The notes under the pieces: model-generated
What the model was told of the DNA's origin: nothing
The model's input: only the letters and a program-made list of their open reading frames with translations
The model's database searches: none
Program-made: the position numbers and the translations under genes
Assembly: GCA_951406725.2 (NCBI GenBank)
Contig: OX597818.1
Coordinates: forward strand, 139,996,001-140,060,000
Source of the DNA: Octopus vulgaris
Lineage: Eukaryota
Reading direction: 5' to 3'
DNA: 64,000 bases
Shown here: positions 1 to 12,951 of the stretch, piece after piece
Layout: every line of letters begins with the position of its first letter
How positions within the stretch are numbered: the first letter of the stretch is position 1

Positions 1-540
1 AAGAATACAAGAGTTACAGAATGGAGTAGGAAAAATCCGGGCTACATATGTTTCATAGCGAGGGGAACACCAGGAGTGGTAAAATCCAAGTGAGGTGTAT
101 AATGCCAAGGATATCTTGATTAGATTAAAGGCTACATTGTAGCGAGGAGGTTCATGTTGGCACAAAAAGGATTCAATCAGAATGCGTGGGTATATAAATA
201 TGCATTAGATGAAGGGGACAAAGAAGAGAAACAAAAAATAAAGGAGTAAATAAAACAAAATAATCTATAGAGGAGTGAAAGGAATGAGGATTTGATCAGG
301 TCAATAATAGATGATATAGCAGTTTCTTCTTTCATCTGTCAATTTTGCAGATGGTCCTTACAGTTTCGAGCAGGTACACTTCAGATTGTACAAATCTGGT
401 TGGCTCCAAAAGGCAAGCTATATCAGATTCGTTCCCGTTTTTCAGTTACCCTTATAGTTTAGATCTGTTGGATCATGCAAATGAATATGTACATCCTGTG
501 ATCCTCGAATATCTTTTCAGGCAAACTGTATATAAGACTA
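1..540 (-). mobile_element. Possible degenerate Penelope-like element 3' fragment (runs off the window start)
   Basis: Minus strand carries GAAACATATGTAGCC (~40-54), matching the GAAACATATGTA hammerhead half seen at 12.7 kb. It lies next to a (TA)n tract. No clean ORF. Confidence 0.3.
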
Positions 541-602
541 CACTATATTATAAGAACTATATATACAATTACATTCACACAGACACACGCATTTATATTT
601 GG

Positions 603-649
<47 letters not shown>

Positions 650-651
<2 letters not shown>

Positions 652-1450
652 ACTCTTACAAATAGTACAATTAATAACAACAATTGTAATAATAAAACTG
701 ATGGTGGTGATAACGTTAATAATATGAAGAATCTAGACTTTTCTACACCATTTTTTAACCTCTCTTCTGACAATATTACCTCTTCCATTCCTGAACACAA
801 TCCCCAGAATTCGCCTAATTGTAACTACCGTCCTGGAACCATCTGCCCGTTACAAACCCATGCAGAAGATATAATGTAATTTACAAATGCACTGTTCTTA
901 ATCTATTACACAACAGCATTATACATAGGATCAACCAAAAATTTTTAAACAACGATATGCCGCACACCTCCATTCTTTTAGATACCATAAACATAGTAAA
1001 TCTACAACACCCGCTAACCACATACATCATCTCAAAAATACAAATCTACCCTATATTTTATCATGGTCCATACTGGATTCGGGGCTTCCTTACCGAGGCC
1101 AAGGCTCAACCTGCAAACCTTGCCCGAGGGAGGCGCTTCACATATTGAAGCACAAATCTCCAACACTGCTAAATAAACATAATGACGCACTAAGCACATG
1201 TAACCACCGCTTTTTTGTACCACAAATCCAAATGCCTAAATGACCATACAGGATATTTCCACAATACCCTTTAGGTAATCCGAATAAACTGCCCTCTCCT
1301 TCACTGATGTAAATCACCCTCTCACTACCTTTCCCTCAGACTAATACTTTTTACAGCCTTCTCATTTTATCATAATATTCACCCAACGCCCCTGAGGGAC
1401 ACATTATTGATATTTATTGAAATCCAATAAGCCGATTATTGAACTGGATA
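650..1450 (+). mobile_element. Penelope-like retroelement 3' fragment with a frameshifted GIY-YIG endonuclease
   Basis: Manual translation across frameshifts (~815-1215) gives NCNYRPGTICPL..NVIYKCTV..YIGSTKNFKQRYAAHLHSF..WSILDS..CKPCPREALHIL..LLNKHNDALSTCNHR. This fits the C..CPL/VIY/YIG/FKxRY..H/LLN..CxH pattern of PLE-type GIY-YIG. It starts right after a (TA)n tract. Confidence 0.75.
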
Positions 1451-1682
1451 TTAGTGTAACATGTGTGCAAAGTTTCATGAATATTGGTTCGCTGGTTTAG
1501 ACACTAACATGGTAGCAGACAGATAGACAACTCTCTGCCAGCTTCACAATCCATATGTCACTTTATATAAATCAGTATGTTTTTCGAAATGTATTGCATT
1601 ATACCTCTCTTTCTCAATCATGGATTCAGCCAATGAATGTGGCTCTTTAGCAATAAAATCTCGACATTATTGTATATATATA

Positions 1683-2003
1683 GCACTCCATCGGTTACGA
1701 TGACGAGGGTTCCAGTTGATCCTATCAACAGAACAGCCTGCTTGTGAAATTAATGTGCATGTGGTTGAGCACTCTACAGATACGTACACGTGTGCCCTTA
1801 GCGTATTTCTCAGAGAGATTCACCATGACACAGAGAGTGACAACGCTAACCCTTTTAAATACGGTTACTACTTATTTTTTCCAGCTGAGTGGATTGGATT
1901 AACGCGAAATAAAGTGTCTTGCTCAAGGACACAACGCGTCGCCGGGAATTGAACTCACGACCTTACAATAGTGAGCCGAATATCTTAACTGCTAAGCCGC
2001 GTG
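1683..2003 (-). mobile_element. Older diverged tRNA-derived SINE related to family B
   Basis: Reverse complement shares the GTTAATTTCAC.AGCAGGCTGTT..GGAACCCTCGTC..CGTAACCGA.GGAGTGC 3' part with the copies at 20.7, 29.4 and 53.8 kb. Confidence 0.75.
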
Positions 2004-2201
2004 ACATCATTACGCCACGCGATACTATTGTACACACACAAACACACACACACATACACACATACACACGCACACTCACACACACATATACGCACATAAA
2101 GACGTACCATATATACTCACGCTGATATATTGTTTCTGTGTGTGTTTAAGTTCGTGGGTCTTTTAACTGAATGTCGGAGAGGACATGTATGTGTAGGTGG
2201 G

Positions 2202-2248
<47 letters not shown>

Positions 2249-2251
<3 letters not shown>

Positions 2252-2368
2252 CCTGCTCGCTTAGCCAGCGGGGTGACGTCATTTAAGGGTTAAAACAATG
2301 CGAAACGCATTGTGACCAGCGATGTGTAGCAACATCTGATAGCCTGGTAGGTCACGGTGATCACGGTG
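2249..2368 (+). mobile_element. Short retroposon 3'-end-like insert within (TA)n
   Basis: A 120-bp GC-richer segment flanked by (TA)n on both sides. It contains a perfect hairpin ACAATGCG-AAA-CGCATTGT and ends in the repeat TCACGGTGA-TCACGGTGA. Confidence 0.5.
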
Positions 2369-3240
2369 ATATATATATATGCGTGTACTTGTGCGCATGC
2401 ATATACATACATATGCTTCTATATGCGCATCCATAATTTTGTATACGTGTTTGTGTACGTGTATGTGTATGCATACGGATAACCTGTAGTGATGTATGAG
2501 TAATTTTGCTTATAAGGGTTTTTCTGCTCTCTAGTGTGTGTCTGTATATGTTTGCGTGTTGAATACCATCAGTCTATTTATCAATCCATCTATCTGCAGT
2601 AACCATTAGGAGATACTTCAGGAAAACAAGGATAGTCGCGTGTTTCTGTGATTGAAAATAAATATCCTTTGCTTCTTCTTAGTTAACTCCGTCTTCCGTT
2701 TATCCTTGCATCTCATTTATTCTAACTATCTCTTCTCAATTTCTAAACCTCGCTCTCTCTGTTTTTCTTTATTTCACTTCCTCCCAGCCTTCCTAAACAT
2801 CAAACAAGAAGACATTATGCAAATGAGTTGATTGAACAGGAAGTACGCTGCCTTGAAATATTGACAGAGTAATTGTCATCAAATAGGATGTAATGCTTGC
2901 TTGAAATTTAAGAAATTCTTTCATTGACGTTTGCGATGAGAAGGAAAATGTTCTTTATTTTCATACTCCAACTTATCATTTAGTTGCATTATTTAGTTAC
3001 GTCTCATTAAATTGTAAGTTCGAATCCCATATAAAACGATTTGTCTTCTGTCATTTTTAGTTTCGATACAATAGATGGTATCATTAAACTCATGTCACTT
3101 GAAAACAAAAATAAAAATAGAAATATAACTTCCCTTCTCTATTTGGAATTTATTACCTAATATTTCCAAGTGATTTCACTGAAAAAGCTTATGGTTCATA
3201 TTTGTTGTGGTCTTGTGAAAAATATACATTTATGCTTGCA

Positions 3241-3243
<3 letters not shown>

Positions 3244-3296
<53 letters not shown>

Positions 3297-3304
3297 TATC
3301 TTTA

Positions 3305-3341
<37 letters not shown>

Positions 3342-3356
3342 ACATATATATCTTTA

Positions 3357-3392
<36 letters not shown>

Positions 3393-3406
3393 CATATATA
3401 TCTTTA

Positions 3407-3449
<43 letters not shown>

Positions 3450-3458
3450 ACATATATA

Positions 3459-3540
<82 letters not shown>
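3244..3540. repeat. Compound (TA)n/(TG)n microsatellite with higher-order ~50-bp units
   Basis: (TA)n is interrupted by recurring TACATATATATCTTTATATATG blocks and followed by (TG)n. Confidence 0.9.
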
Positions 3541-3542
<2 letters not shown>

Positions 3543-4040
3543 TGTGTGTTTATGCACATACGCCGCTATACACACACGTATGTATATGTTACTTAATATT
3601 TTGCATTTGAATTTGTTCAAAATGATTTGATCTAAAACGCTATGTTGAAACAGAAACAAGTGTACAATGGACGAGTTATTTCACATCTATCAAAATGTAT
3701 CACATTTACTTTCCTTAATTACATTATTGTACTACCTTTAATTAAATTTCAAAGATATTCGTCGTATTTCTGTGACCTAGGCATTGATACAATTCTACTA
3801 TACCTACTAAGTATCAGTTATTTCTGATTTTGTTTTATTTTCTATAACTCCTAACGTAATCAATCTGTAAGCAGAATTCGATTATTTTCTTCAAGTACTT
3901 ACATGCATGCATACATACATACATGCATACATACATACATACATATATACATACATACATACATACATACATACATGCATATATGCATCATATAAATTCA
4001 ATATATATATGCATTATATATATGTATTTTACATACATAC

Positions 4041-4086
<46 letters not shown>

Positions 4087-4090
<4 letters not shown>

Positions 4091-4508
4091 TAGGTATCAG
4101 TTACAGGAGTTTAAATACCTCTCAGGGATAATTAAATCCAAAGTTGCTCCTGGTTATTACCTGGGTAGGTACAGTCTTTTGTAAAGTTGTACGGTAACAG
4201 GTAGTTACTAAAACTCGTAAATCGAAACGATCGTAAATGCTACATTCGTCATTGCTTCTTTTTCTTTGTTATCTAATTTAATTAAAGGCATACCAGCGAA
4301 AACAACGAGTTTCGTCTAGTTATTATATTTATTTCCTTAACCACTACACACATTTTTTCTCTCCTTGTTATTTTCTGTGTGCCTTTCTGTAGAAGAGCGT
4401 AGGTTCGAAACGTAAAAGACTTTTTCTATTCCTGAGCGTTATATTAATACATCTATTTGTTTTGTACACCACCTGTCTTCGTTTTTTGTTTTTTTCGTAA
4501 ACTCTCCC
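4087..4508 (+). mobile_element. PLE pseudo-LTR-like insert in (TA)n with a minimal hammerhead-like motif
   Basis: Flanked by (TA)n on both sides. 4381-4420 reads GCCTTT-CTGTAGAAGA-GCGTAGGTTC-GAAA-CGTA-AAAGAC, which fits stem I G.CTTT/AAAGAC, a GAAAC-GT-A minimal stem III and a degenerate core. Confidence 0.55.
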
Positions 4509-4526
4509 TATATATATATATATATA

Positions 4527-4738
4527 CTTTTACTCTTTTACTTGTTTCAGTCATTTGACTGCGGCCATGCTGGAACACCGCCTTTAATCGAGCAACTCGA
4601 CCCCGGGACTTATTCTTTTGTAAGCCCAGTACTTATTCTATCGGTCTCTTTTGCCGAACCGCTAAGTGACGGGGACATAAACACACCAGCATCGGTTGTT
4701 AAGCTAGGTGGACAAACACAGACACACAAACCCACACA

Positions 4739-4798
<60 letters not shown>

Positions 4799-4964
4799 TA
4801 CGACGGGCTTCTTTCAGTTTCCGTCTACCAAATCCACTCTCAAGGCTATGGTCGGCCCGAGGCTATAGTAGAAGACACTTGCCAAAGGTGCCACGACGTG
4901 GGACTGAACCCGGAACCATGTGGTTGGTAAACAAGCTACTTACCACACAGCCACTCCTGCGCCT
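4527..4964 (-). mobile_element. tRNA-derived SINE family A (octopus-type) with internal (TA)n
   Basis: Near-identical to copies at 15.5, 24.7, 26.4, 37.1 and 46.9 kb. It has A/B-box-like TGGCTGTGTGGTAAG and GGTTCAGTCCC and an (AAAAGAGT)n tail. Confidence 0.92.
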
Positions 4965-4974
4965 ATATATATCC

Positions 4975-5310
4975 TTTGAGAAACGCGTATATTGTACAAG
5001 TGAAATTCTGCATGAAGTTGCCATAAAAACTCTAAACACTATGCATATTGTTCTTATAGACATACGACTGTCTTCACCTAGAAAGTTGAGAATTTTCTTA
5101 ACCAGTTCTGATGTTCTGACGTCACTCTCCCTGCCACATATTTCATTATTTATCACCTCCACTCAGGCGTCGTTGAACCATTTGTGCGAGTGGAAAACAG
5201 ATACTGGGCTCATAAAAGTTAATCCATAATGAGTTTGAAGCATTTGATAACTTTCTGTAGATTTTTGCCCTATTTAACACAAAAGATAAGAGCGTAGCAT
5301 GGCTCAAAAT
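4975..5310 (-). pseudogene. mariner transposase N-terminal (HTH) relic
   Basis: Minus-strand pieces read YA..FCVK.GK..TESYQMLQTHYG..MS..SVF.. and EVINNEICGRESDVRTSELVKKILNFLGEDSRMSIRTI (ORF 4863..5162). This fits the mariner DNA-binding region. Confidence 0.65.
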
Positions 5311-5538
5311 TGTATTCACGTCGTGACTGCATTCAGCAAACTAGTCAGTTGTGACAATAACAGTTTAGCTTGGTGTACTCAAAGTGATTTTATAGTCGCC
5401 CCCCTCAATAAGGAATAACAAAAGTTGGCATGTCAGCTTATTAGATGTGTAATAATAATAATAATATACTAAAATTACAATAACCCAGGACAGTCATAAC
5501 TGCCTCTTCAAAAATGTCTGTATCATTCTGAAACACTC

Positions 5539-5853
5539 ATGTATGTACGTATGTATGTATGTATGTATGTATGTATGTATGTATGTATGTATGTATGTAT
5601 GTATGTATTATGAATGTATGTATGTATGTATGCATGTATTATGAATGTATATATGTAGCATGCATGTATGTATGTATGTATTTATGTATGTATGTATGCA
5701 TGTATGTATGTATGCATGCATGTATGTATGTATGTATGCATGCATGTATGTATGTATGTATGTATGCATGTATGTATGTATGTATGTATGCATGTATGTA
5801 TGTATGCATGTATGTATGTATGTATGTATGTATGTATGTATGTATGTATGTAT
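5539..5853. repeat. (TATG)n tetranucleotide microsatellite
   Basis: Seen directly. Similar tracts occur at 3.9, 16.2, 38.0, 43.2 and 61.0 kb. Confidence 0.95.
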
Positions 5854-6204
5854 GAATGTGCGCAGGGAATTATCTAGTTTCTCACGCTTTTGCTTTGGCT
5901 GATCCTCACTTTCCTATAGCCTGCCTGGAATTTACCTCGGTGAGGTTCAGTAGTTTTCATTTTGCATTAGGGTGCAGAAATCTACGGAATATATATAGAA
6001 TGTAAGAGAGATTGTTGATCATGACAACAGCATTGACTTGTAATGCATTATAGTACCACGAACAATAGCAGTATCAAAGAATATTTGGAATTTCACAATA
6101 AATCTACATATTTTTGTTATACATGCACCACGACATGTGTTGCGCTTTCATGAAAAACTTAGAGTATGCACTATAAAGATTTTGATGTTCCTTTTTTATT
6201 TTGT

Positions 6205-6552
6205 GTGAAGGCGCATGCCTCAGTGGTTAGAGCGTCGAGCTTACGATCGTGAGGTTGTGAGCTCGAATCCCGGACCGGGCTGCGTGTTGTGTTCTCGAGC
6301 AAGGCACTTTATTTCACGTTGCTCCAGTTCACTCAGCTGTAGAAATGAGCTGCGACGTCTCTGGTTCCAAGCTGTATCGGCCTTTGCCTTTCCCTTGGAT
6401 AACACTGGTGGCGTGGAGAGGGAAGGCTGGTATGCATGGGCGACTGCTGGCCTTCCATAAACAACCTTGCTCGGACATGTGTCTAGGAGGGTAACTTTCT
6501 AGGTGCAATCCCATGGTCATTCATGACCGAAGGGGGTCTTTACACTTTACCC
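6205..6552 (+). mobile_element. tRNA-derived SINE family D
   Basis: tRNA-like head GGCGCATGCCTCAGTGGTTAGAGCG..CTCGAATCCC, a CTCGAGCAAGGCACTTTATTTCAC core and a (CTTTAC) repeat tail. Confidence 0.8.
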
Positions 6553-7576
6553 TCTTTATTTTTTATTTTATAGGAAAGGATTCGGAAATATTGACAAGGA
6601 AACTGTCAACAAACGTCTTGTAATATATATTTACATGTGTCTGTGTGTGTATCTGTTTATGTGCGTATGTGAGTATGTATTATTTTGTATGTGTGTGCGT
6701 GCATGAGTGTGTGTGTTTGTGTGTATTTATGTGTTTAATTACGCTGCTGTGTGTATTTTCACAGTTAGCTGCTTTCTTTTTCTATCTACATTTCCTAAGT
6801 TGGAAACACCCACTGCACATCAGTCGACGCTTGGCAAATTTAATTTTGTTCCATGAACTTTGATTTTCTTATTATGCAGCGAATTATCGAGAATCCAAAC
6901 CAAAACTATTGCATATCAGCTATTTTCTTATTATAAATGAAAATTGATACAGCAACAATACAAGGGATTCGATGTACAATCATATTTAAGTACGATTATA
7001 GTGAAAATAGTCACAGTTTAGTTATTTCCTATATAATTACTCATCGACATCCTTGTAATATCACCATTAGCAGTAATATAGATATATCAATTGAAATGAA
7101 TGAACACTTTTGGGTTGTATCTTTAGAAACATTTTCTGTATTATCGAGAATAATCAAATAGAAATAGTGATGCGCATTTGGTGACTTCAATGACAAATAA
7201 GCGAATGAATCTATCTAAATGAGCAAATGTGTCTATCCATCTATCTGGCTGTCTGTTTATCTGTCTGTATCTGAATAATAACAAGAGACTTACTGAGAGA
7301 CGGGCACATTAGATAAGTATAAAATATCAGTTACTATTTCTACAATCATTGTTACTAAATGGCGGCTCTTATTCTGGACACAAGCCTATCCGGAGTGATA
7401 ATGATTGTGCTGAACTGCGTAATGCATAGAAATGGAGTGTTGAACATTTCGACCGTGCTCAAAACCTTCGGTAGCATTTCGCATGTGTGTATGTGCTTGT
7501 GTGTTTGCGTGTGTGTGCGCGGGCGTGTGTGCTTGAGTGTATGTGTCTCTGCGTATATGTATGTATATGGTTATGA

Positions 7577-7656
<80 letters not shown>

Positions 7657-7684
7657 CATCTAACTAACTATCTATCTACATACC

Positions 7685-7732
<48 letters not shown>

Positions 7733-7867
7733 AATTTATCCTGTCGGGTTCATTCGTGCTCGTTCGACTAACTGAGCCCAACAATCTTGGTTTCTGTAAA
7801 AAGCTTTAAGAAATTTAAGTTACATGAAGCCGAATCAAACTGTTTTAAATAATAATAGCTTAATGAT

Positions 7868-8400
7868 CCAGTCGTTGAATGTTGAAGATGTCACTAACCT
7901 CTGGGATTTTCCAGTCAACACTGAAAGACTGATCCAGGTTAAACAACCAGACATAATTATTAAAGATAGGGAAGGAAATACTTGTAGACCAATAGATGTA
8001 AGTGTTCCCACTGATAGAAATATATTTGTAAAGGAATCTTAAAAAATCTTAGTAAATAAAAGGAACTCGAAATTGAAATACTAAGGATGTGACATCTTTA
8101 ACCAAAAACTCGTCGTGTTATTGTAGGTGCCATAAGTATTAGTAAAAGGATTGCAAAAACATCTAGACAATATCCCAGGAAACCCATGTCCCAGAGAAAT
8201 CCAAACGGTTGTACTGACAAGTACTGCCCACATCTTTAGAAAGACCCTGTCAGTTTAAATGTCAGTGGTGTATTACATGGAAATATTTCGCTACTGCCAC
8301 TCCCCACCCAAACTTTCAGCTATGCTGTGACACCTTACTTACCCTAGGGCGCAAGTTGTGTTCCTGCAAGTGATTGCAATAGACATGCAGATTAAAAGTA
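7868..8400 (+). mobile_element. 5'-truncated, degenerate R4/Dong element (same family as 55.5-57.6 kb)
   Basis: Encodes LWDFPVNTERLIQVKQPDIIIKDREGNTCRPIDVSVPTDRN (RLE domain). Its 3' end CATGCAGATTAAAAGTA matches the 3' end of the 55.5-kb copy. Confidence 0.9.
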
Positions 8401-8749
8401 GTTAATTATAATTATAGCAACAACCACAGTACCGACTACAAAATTAAGAATATGTATGTATTTATGTATATGTGTGATTTTTGTGTGTGTGTGTGCGTGT
8501 GTGAAAGGGATTGAGAGTGTGCGTATGTGTGTGTGTGCAAGCGGAAATTTGTGTGAATGCGTCTGCAGAGTTTAAATATCTATATATTATAGATATTATA
8601 AAAATTATATGTAGGTTTTAACTAATGTCATAGGAAAGTGGACTTGCCATATGATTAACGGATGTAAGTTGTGCAAATTTAGATTGTTTGTAGAATAAAA
8701 CTGGCTCTGCAGCAACTTTTTTTCCTTGCTCTCTTCATTGCAAGCAAAT

Positions 8750-9165
8750 AAGGTATCCCAAGCAGAAGTAACTTTTTGAACTTTTAATAGTGACAGAAAC
8801 TTACATTTTGTTTATGAAGATGACACCATTGCCAAGTACAATGTGCATAAATGAATGGCGAAATTTAAAATACAAAACCGGTATTGAACAAAAATAACGC
8901 AGTGGAGGGCTGTCAGAAGCCATCGTCAGCAGAACTAATTCGTGCTGGGCTAATAAGAGAAGATGGTGAAAACCTGACGATCGAAATTGTGTGCAAAGTA
9001 AGTACCTCGTTGGTTGACAACTGATTAAAAGGAAGAGAGTAAGCAACTCAGCTCTGAATTACTGCAAATGAGACCAACTTTCATTTCTGATCTACTGAGA
9101 GAGGATGAAATATGGGCGTACCATTCTCACGTGGAATCAAAGGCTCAGTCCATGCAAACAAATCA
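8750..9165 (+). pseudogene. mariner transposase relic, internally deleted
   Basis: Fragments read RNLHFVYEDDTIAKYNVHK..AKFK..RSG, KLCAK*VPRWLT and DEIWAYHSHVESKAQSMQ. These match the mariner WVPR.LT and DETW..ESKRQSM motifs. Confidence 0.7.
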
Positions 9166-9503
9166 CATTTCTTTATTGTGGACGTGCATAATGCTATAAG
9201 ACACCGGTTCTACTCACTTAGATGAGTCCAATCAGTTGATAAATTGTATTTGTACCAGTGTTGCTGTTCGGGAAATGCCGACGAAACAACGCTTAATCTT
9301 CACTTCCTTTGACAAATCGTTGTTAAAATTTTCCTAAGCAGTACTGCTCTATTTTATTCAACTAAACCATTAACAGGCTATATACATACATATACCTAAA
9401 CGCACACAGACGCACACATAATGTACATATGTACATACGTATATATATATATATAATATACATACAAATGTGTACATATATACACGCACATATATATATA
9501 TAC

Positions 9504-9544
<41 letters not shown>

Positions 9545-9547
<3 letters not shown>

Positions 9548-9590
9548 CGGAATGGTCATATAAAAAATCTTGCACAACAAATATTTAAAC

Positions 9591-9591
<1 letters not shown>
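9545..9591. mobile_element. 47-bp miniature of the fold-back element at 33.66-34.15 kb, inside (TA)n
   Basis: TTTCGGAATGGTCATA matches 33725-33740. TAAAAAATCTTGCACAACAAATATTTAAACG is the reverse complement of 33660-33690 with one mismatch. Confidence 0.8.
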
Positions 9592-9637
<46 letters not shown>

Positions 9638-9858
9638 CGCGCACACAACGCATATATTCATAGATTTAGATAGATGCACAAAGATTATATACATGTATAT
9701 TTACGCATAAGCACACATGTGTATATACGTGCGTGCATATATACATATGTAAGTATGAGAATGTGTAGATACAATTAAGATATATAGGGATAAAAATGAC
9801 TGCGCATATGTATGCGAATAATGTGTGTCCAAATACAGACACTTATTCATTTAATAAT

Positions 9859-9892
<34 letters not shown>

Positions 9893-9928
9893 AGTATATA
9901 TGTATAGACGAAACATATATGTATATAT

Positions 9929-10009
<81 letters not shown>

Positions 10010-10095
10010 TTATATATATACATATATGTATGTATGTATATTACATGATAAAGTGCTTTCCTACTTGTTGAAAATTTGCCGCATAATATATATAC

Positions 10096-10146
<51 letters not shown>

Positions 10147-10150
10147 TATA

Positions 10151-10198
<48 letters not shown>

Positions 10199-10284
10199 CA
10201 TGTGTGTGTGTTTGTATGAGTGTGTGCATGCGTCTGTTTGTATATACATAAATTAGCGTATCTATCTATCTATCTATCTATCTT

Positions 10285-10400
<116 letters not shown>

Positions 10401-10725
10401 AGTAAATATATATATGGGGACAGGGAATTCTCTTCAATTCATTAAAGGACGCACTTTACTTTAGGCTAAAATTTTGCTTTGATTTATACGAGTAAAAAAA
10501 TTGTAGAGATAAACATAAAAAAGTTTATCTTTATTAATGAGAATATTCACTGCATATTTATCATCGAGTAAACTATAAAGCTATTTGTTTTTCTCTTTTA
10601 TAATACAGAAATCAATACCTTGTGATTATGTTATTCGCCGACTCTGATTATAAAGCAGTTTATGAATTTTGGCGGGATACCTTAGGTCGCCTCTATGTAA
10701 TATATTTTGTTATACTTTATGTATG

Positions 10726-10767
<42 letters not shown>

Positions 10768-10830
10768 CACATATATACATACATCCATGCACACACACAT
10801 ACACACATATACATATATATATTTATATAA

Positions 10831-10884
<54 letters not shown>

Positions 10885-11723
10885 CACAGCATAGAGATAC
10901 TCACACTAAAACTCGCGCGTAAATGCACATACATCCATATATGCATATTTTTCAAAGTGTACATACATATATATGAACATACATACTCACTTGAATATAT
11001 AATCCCCCCCCACATATATATATATTTTACATATAAATATATATAACTCCTATATAGATATATACGTATACATATATATATATATATATATATATAAATT
11101 TATTTTATATATTTGTATATAATATATACGCTTACATATACAAATGTGCAATCATATATTTATATACACATATATGCATTATATACGCACTTCTACTTAA
11201 TTTTTTTATTTAGTATTACAAACCTAGATGTTTAATTACCAATCAATACATAATGTGTTATATATCATTTATTTTTATACTTTCCGACCCATGCTTATAT
11301 ATCAATATCTCCGCTTGGTATTTATGTATGCACACTAGTATATCACTTATTTATATGTGTACTTTAGTAAATAAACTTATGTAAATATACTTATACGCGT
11401 GCGCACTTTACGTAAGCATATATCATACGTGTTTTTTTTCACTTGTTCGTAAATGCATATTAATGTAAATAACTAAATTCTTTCATGAATTGTTAATTTT
11501 ACATACGGTTATACGTGCGTATAATTAGATATATTTCTCTTGTTATTTGTTAATAAGTGTTCCGAGATCTAATCCTGGTTAAATTCTTTGTCGTTGAGTC
11601 ATCAGTCGGTATTCAAATATATAGTACAAGGTACTCTACTGCATAATACAAGGTACTCTACTGCACCTCTACTTGTGCTAATTAAAGTTATTCTTGTCAA
11701 TATTGTATTATCGTAAGAGTGAC

Positions 11724-12018
11724 GAAGCGTGGCTTTGTGGCTAGGGCATTTGGTTTACAACCCTAGGAACGTGAGTTCGATTCCCGGCGGTACGTGGTGT
11801 CCATGAGCAAGAAGCGTTATTTCACGTTGCTCCAGTCCGCTCAGCTGGCAAAACTGAGTTGTATTTCAAAGGGTCAGCCTTGTTACATTAAACTGAATTT
11901 ACTTGATATCTGCGTCAACGGTACGCATTGCTGCATAGCTCTTAACCACATGAACGTTAATTTCACGAGCAGGCTGTTCTATTGATCGGAACCATCGTCG
12001 TCGCAAACGACGGAATAC
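11724..12018 (+). mobile_element. Diverged tRNA-derived SINE (family B/D relative)
   Basis: tRNA-like head with GTTCGATTCCC, an ATTTCACGTTGCTCCAG core and a family-B-like 3' part (GTTAATTTCACGAGCAGGCTGTTC). Confidence 0.7.
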
Positions 12019-12654
12019 CAGAAAGTTTTGTCGTACTATCGTTTGTGTGCTGCAGAGGCATTTCTTCTTACATTTTATTGACCTTAATTCGAATTTTGCG
12101 AGGGACATCTTTGCTTTTCATAATCTAAAGGCTCACAAAATAAAATACCAGTCAACTTCTAAAGCCAGTTTTACTGAGTGGCCATTTCTTTTGAATGTAT
12201 GATCTTATGCCTACACTGGAAACCGTTGATCGTCTAATAACGAGAGTGTTGTTTTGGCGCAATCATCCGTGTGTCGGCAAAATATTTTGCTCTCTATCGG
12301 TCCTTTACTTTCTTGGTTCAAAACCCGCTGAGTTGAACTATGCTGTTCATTAGATTCAGAAGCACAGCCTTGTATGTGTGTTATAAAGATTGGCTTGTCA
12401 CTTTCTTATGTTATTGACCATGTGAATATACGTCCGTCACGATATACCAACTCTTTTTACAGTCCCCCCCACACACAAACACACACGCACGCATACATGC
12501 ATACATACTCTCTCACACACACATACGCACGCACATATGCATATATATATATATATGTATATATAATTAGTGTAATACAGTATAAAGCTCATTCACCTTC
12601 AAATTCCACCAATTCTTCAGCTAGATATATATATATATTTATATATATATATAT

Positions 12655-12904
12655 ATAATTAATCAAAATAAAAACATGATGCCAAGGATTCAGCGTTACA
12701 TATGTTTCGGTCCTTTATTAGACGGATTTATAACAATGCATAATGTGTGTCTATGGCCTTCTTCAGCCGCGCACAATTACTACCTCAAAGACATATATTA
12801 CATCAAAAATTCTACGTTGGGGATGCAAATCCTCTCAGTCGCGTACGACATAATGCGGTACCAGCACAAAAATTAAGGGTCCATCCCGTCCTTCTCTCAA
12901 TGTA

Positions 12905-12906
<2 letters not shown>
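12655..12906 (-). mobile_element. PLE-like insert in (TA)n carrying a hammerhead motif
   Basis: Flanked by (TA)n on both sides and contains the motif at 12693-12771. Confidence 0.6.
12693..12771 (-). ncRNA. Type I minimal hammerhead ribozyme motif
   Basis: Minus strand reads GCGG-CTGAAGA-AGGCCATAGAC..GTCTA..GGACC-GAAAC-ATAT-GTA-ACGC. The CUGANGA and GAAA cores and a GUA cleavage triplet are intact. Confidence 0.6.
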
Positions 12907-12951
<45 letters not shown>

